Below are positions 63,787 through 64,000 of a DNA stretch of 64,000 nt, piece by piece. Position numbers and translations under genes: made by a program. This DNA comes from Antedon mediterranea (lineage: Eukaryota; Animalia; Echinodermata). Numbering within the stretch: position 1 is the stretch's first letter; every line of letters begins with the position of its first letter. The DNA lies in NCBI RefSeq assembly GCF_964355755.1, contig NC_092674.1, positions 10,664,001-10,728,000 on the forward strand, in the 5' to 3' direction. The notes under the pieces are model-generated. The model saw only the letters and a program-made list of their open reading frames with translations, was not told where the DNA came from and searched no databases.

Positions 63787-64000
63787 CTAAAATAAAACAA
63801 GTTTTCTATATTACAATAGCACTAGATACAGCAGATACTTGTGTTCTTTTTCAATTTGGGACACATTTAACACGTTCACTGCCAAGGCATTTTCCGTAAT
63901 TTCTGTCCCAGTGCCAAGTCCCGTTTACATATTAAATTACAGTTTGAAAGTGTAACATCTGGTCACAGACTATCATGATGTCATTCAAAATACGATGGCG

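Overview
AT-rich, intron-rich animal genomic DNA, probably from a marine invertebrate (inferred from the gene set and repeat types, not proven). I reconstructed two genes exon by exon with phase-consistent GT-AG junctions: GCNA/ACRC (+, 7531-16129; acidic disordered region, SprT HEXXH protease, Zn finger, HMG-like tail) and a ubinuclein of the UBN1/UBN2/yemanuclein family (+, 18942 to about 37943, final exon uncertain). Two more minus-strand gene models are tentative: a small Cys-rich protein head-to-head with GCNA, and the 3' end of an unidentified gene entering from the right edge. Introns and spacers are dense with non-autonomous elements: piggyBac-, Kolobok-, Harbinger-, Tc1/mariner- and hAT-like MITEs, Helentron-type (HINE) elements, tRNA-SINEs and a 4.2-kb TIR element. 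There are also three minisatellite arrays. I found no intact transposase, no reverse transcriptase and no clearly new multi-gene system. The best leads are a 5S-plus-tRNA composite SINE, a well-paired tRNA-like gene with an ATC anticodon, a satellite expanding inside a MITE, two elements with shared TIRs but different subterminal motifs, and the small orphan gene opposite GCNA. Most short ORFs in the supplied track are spurious.
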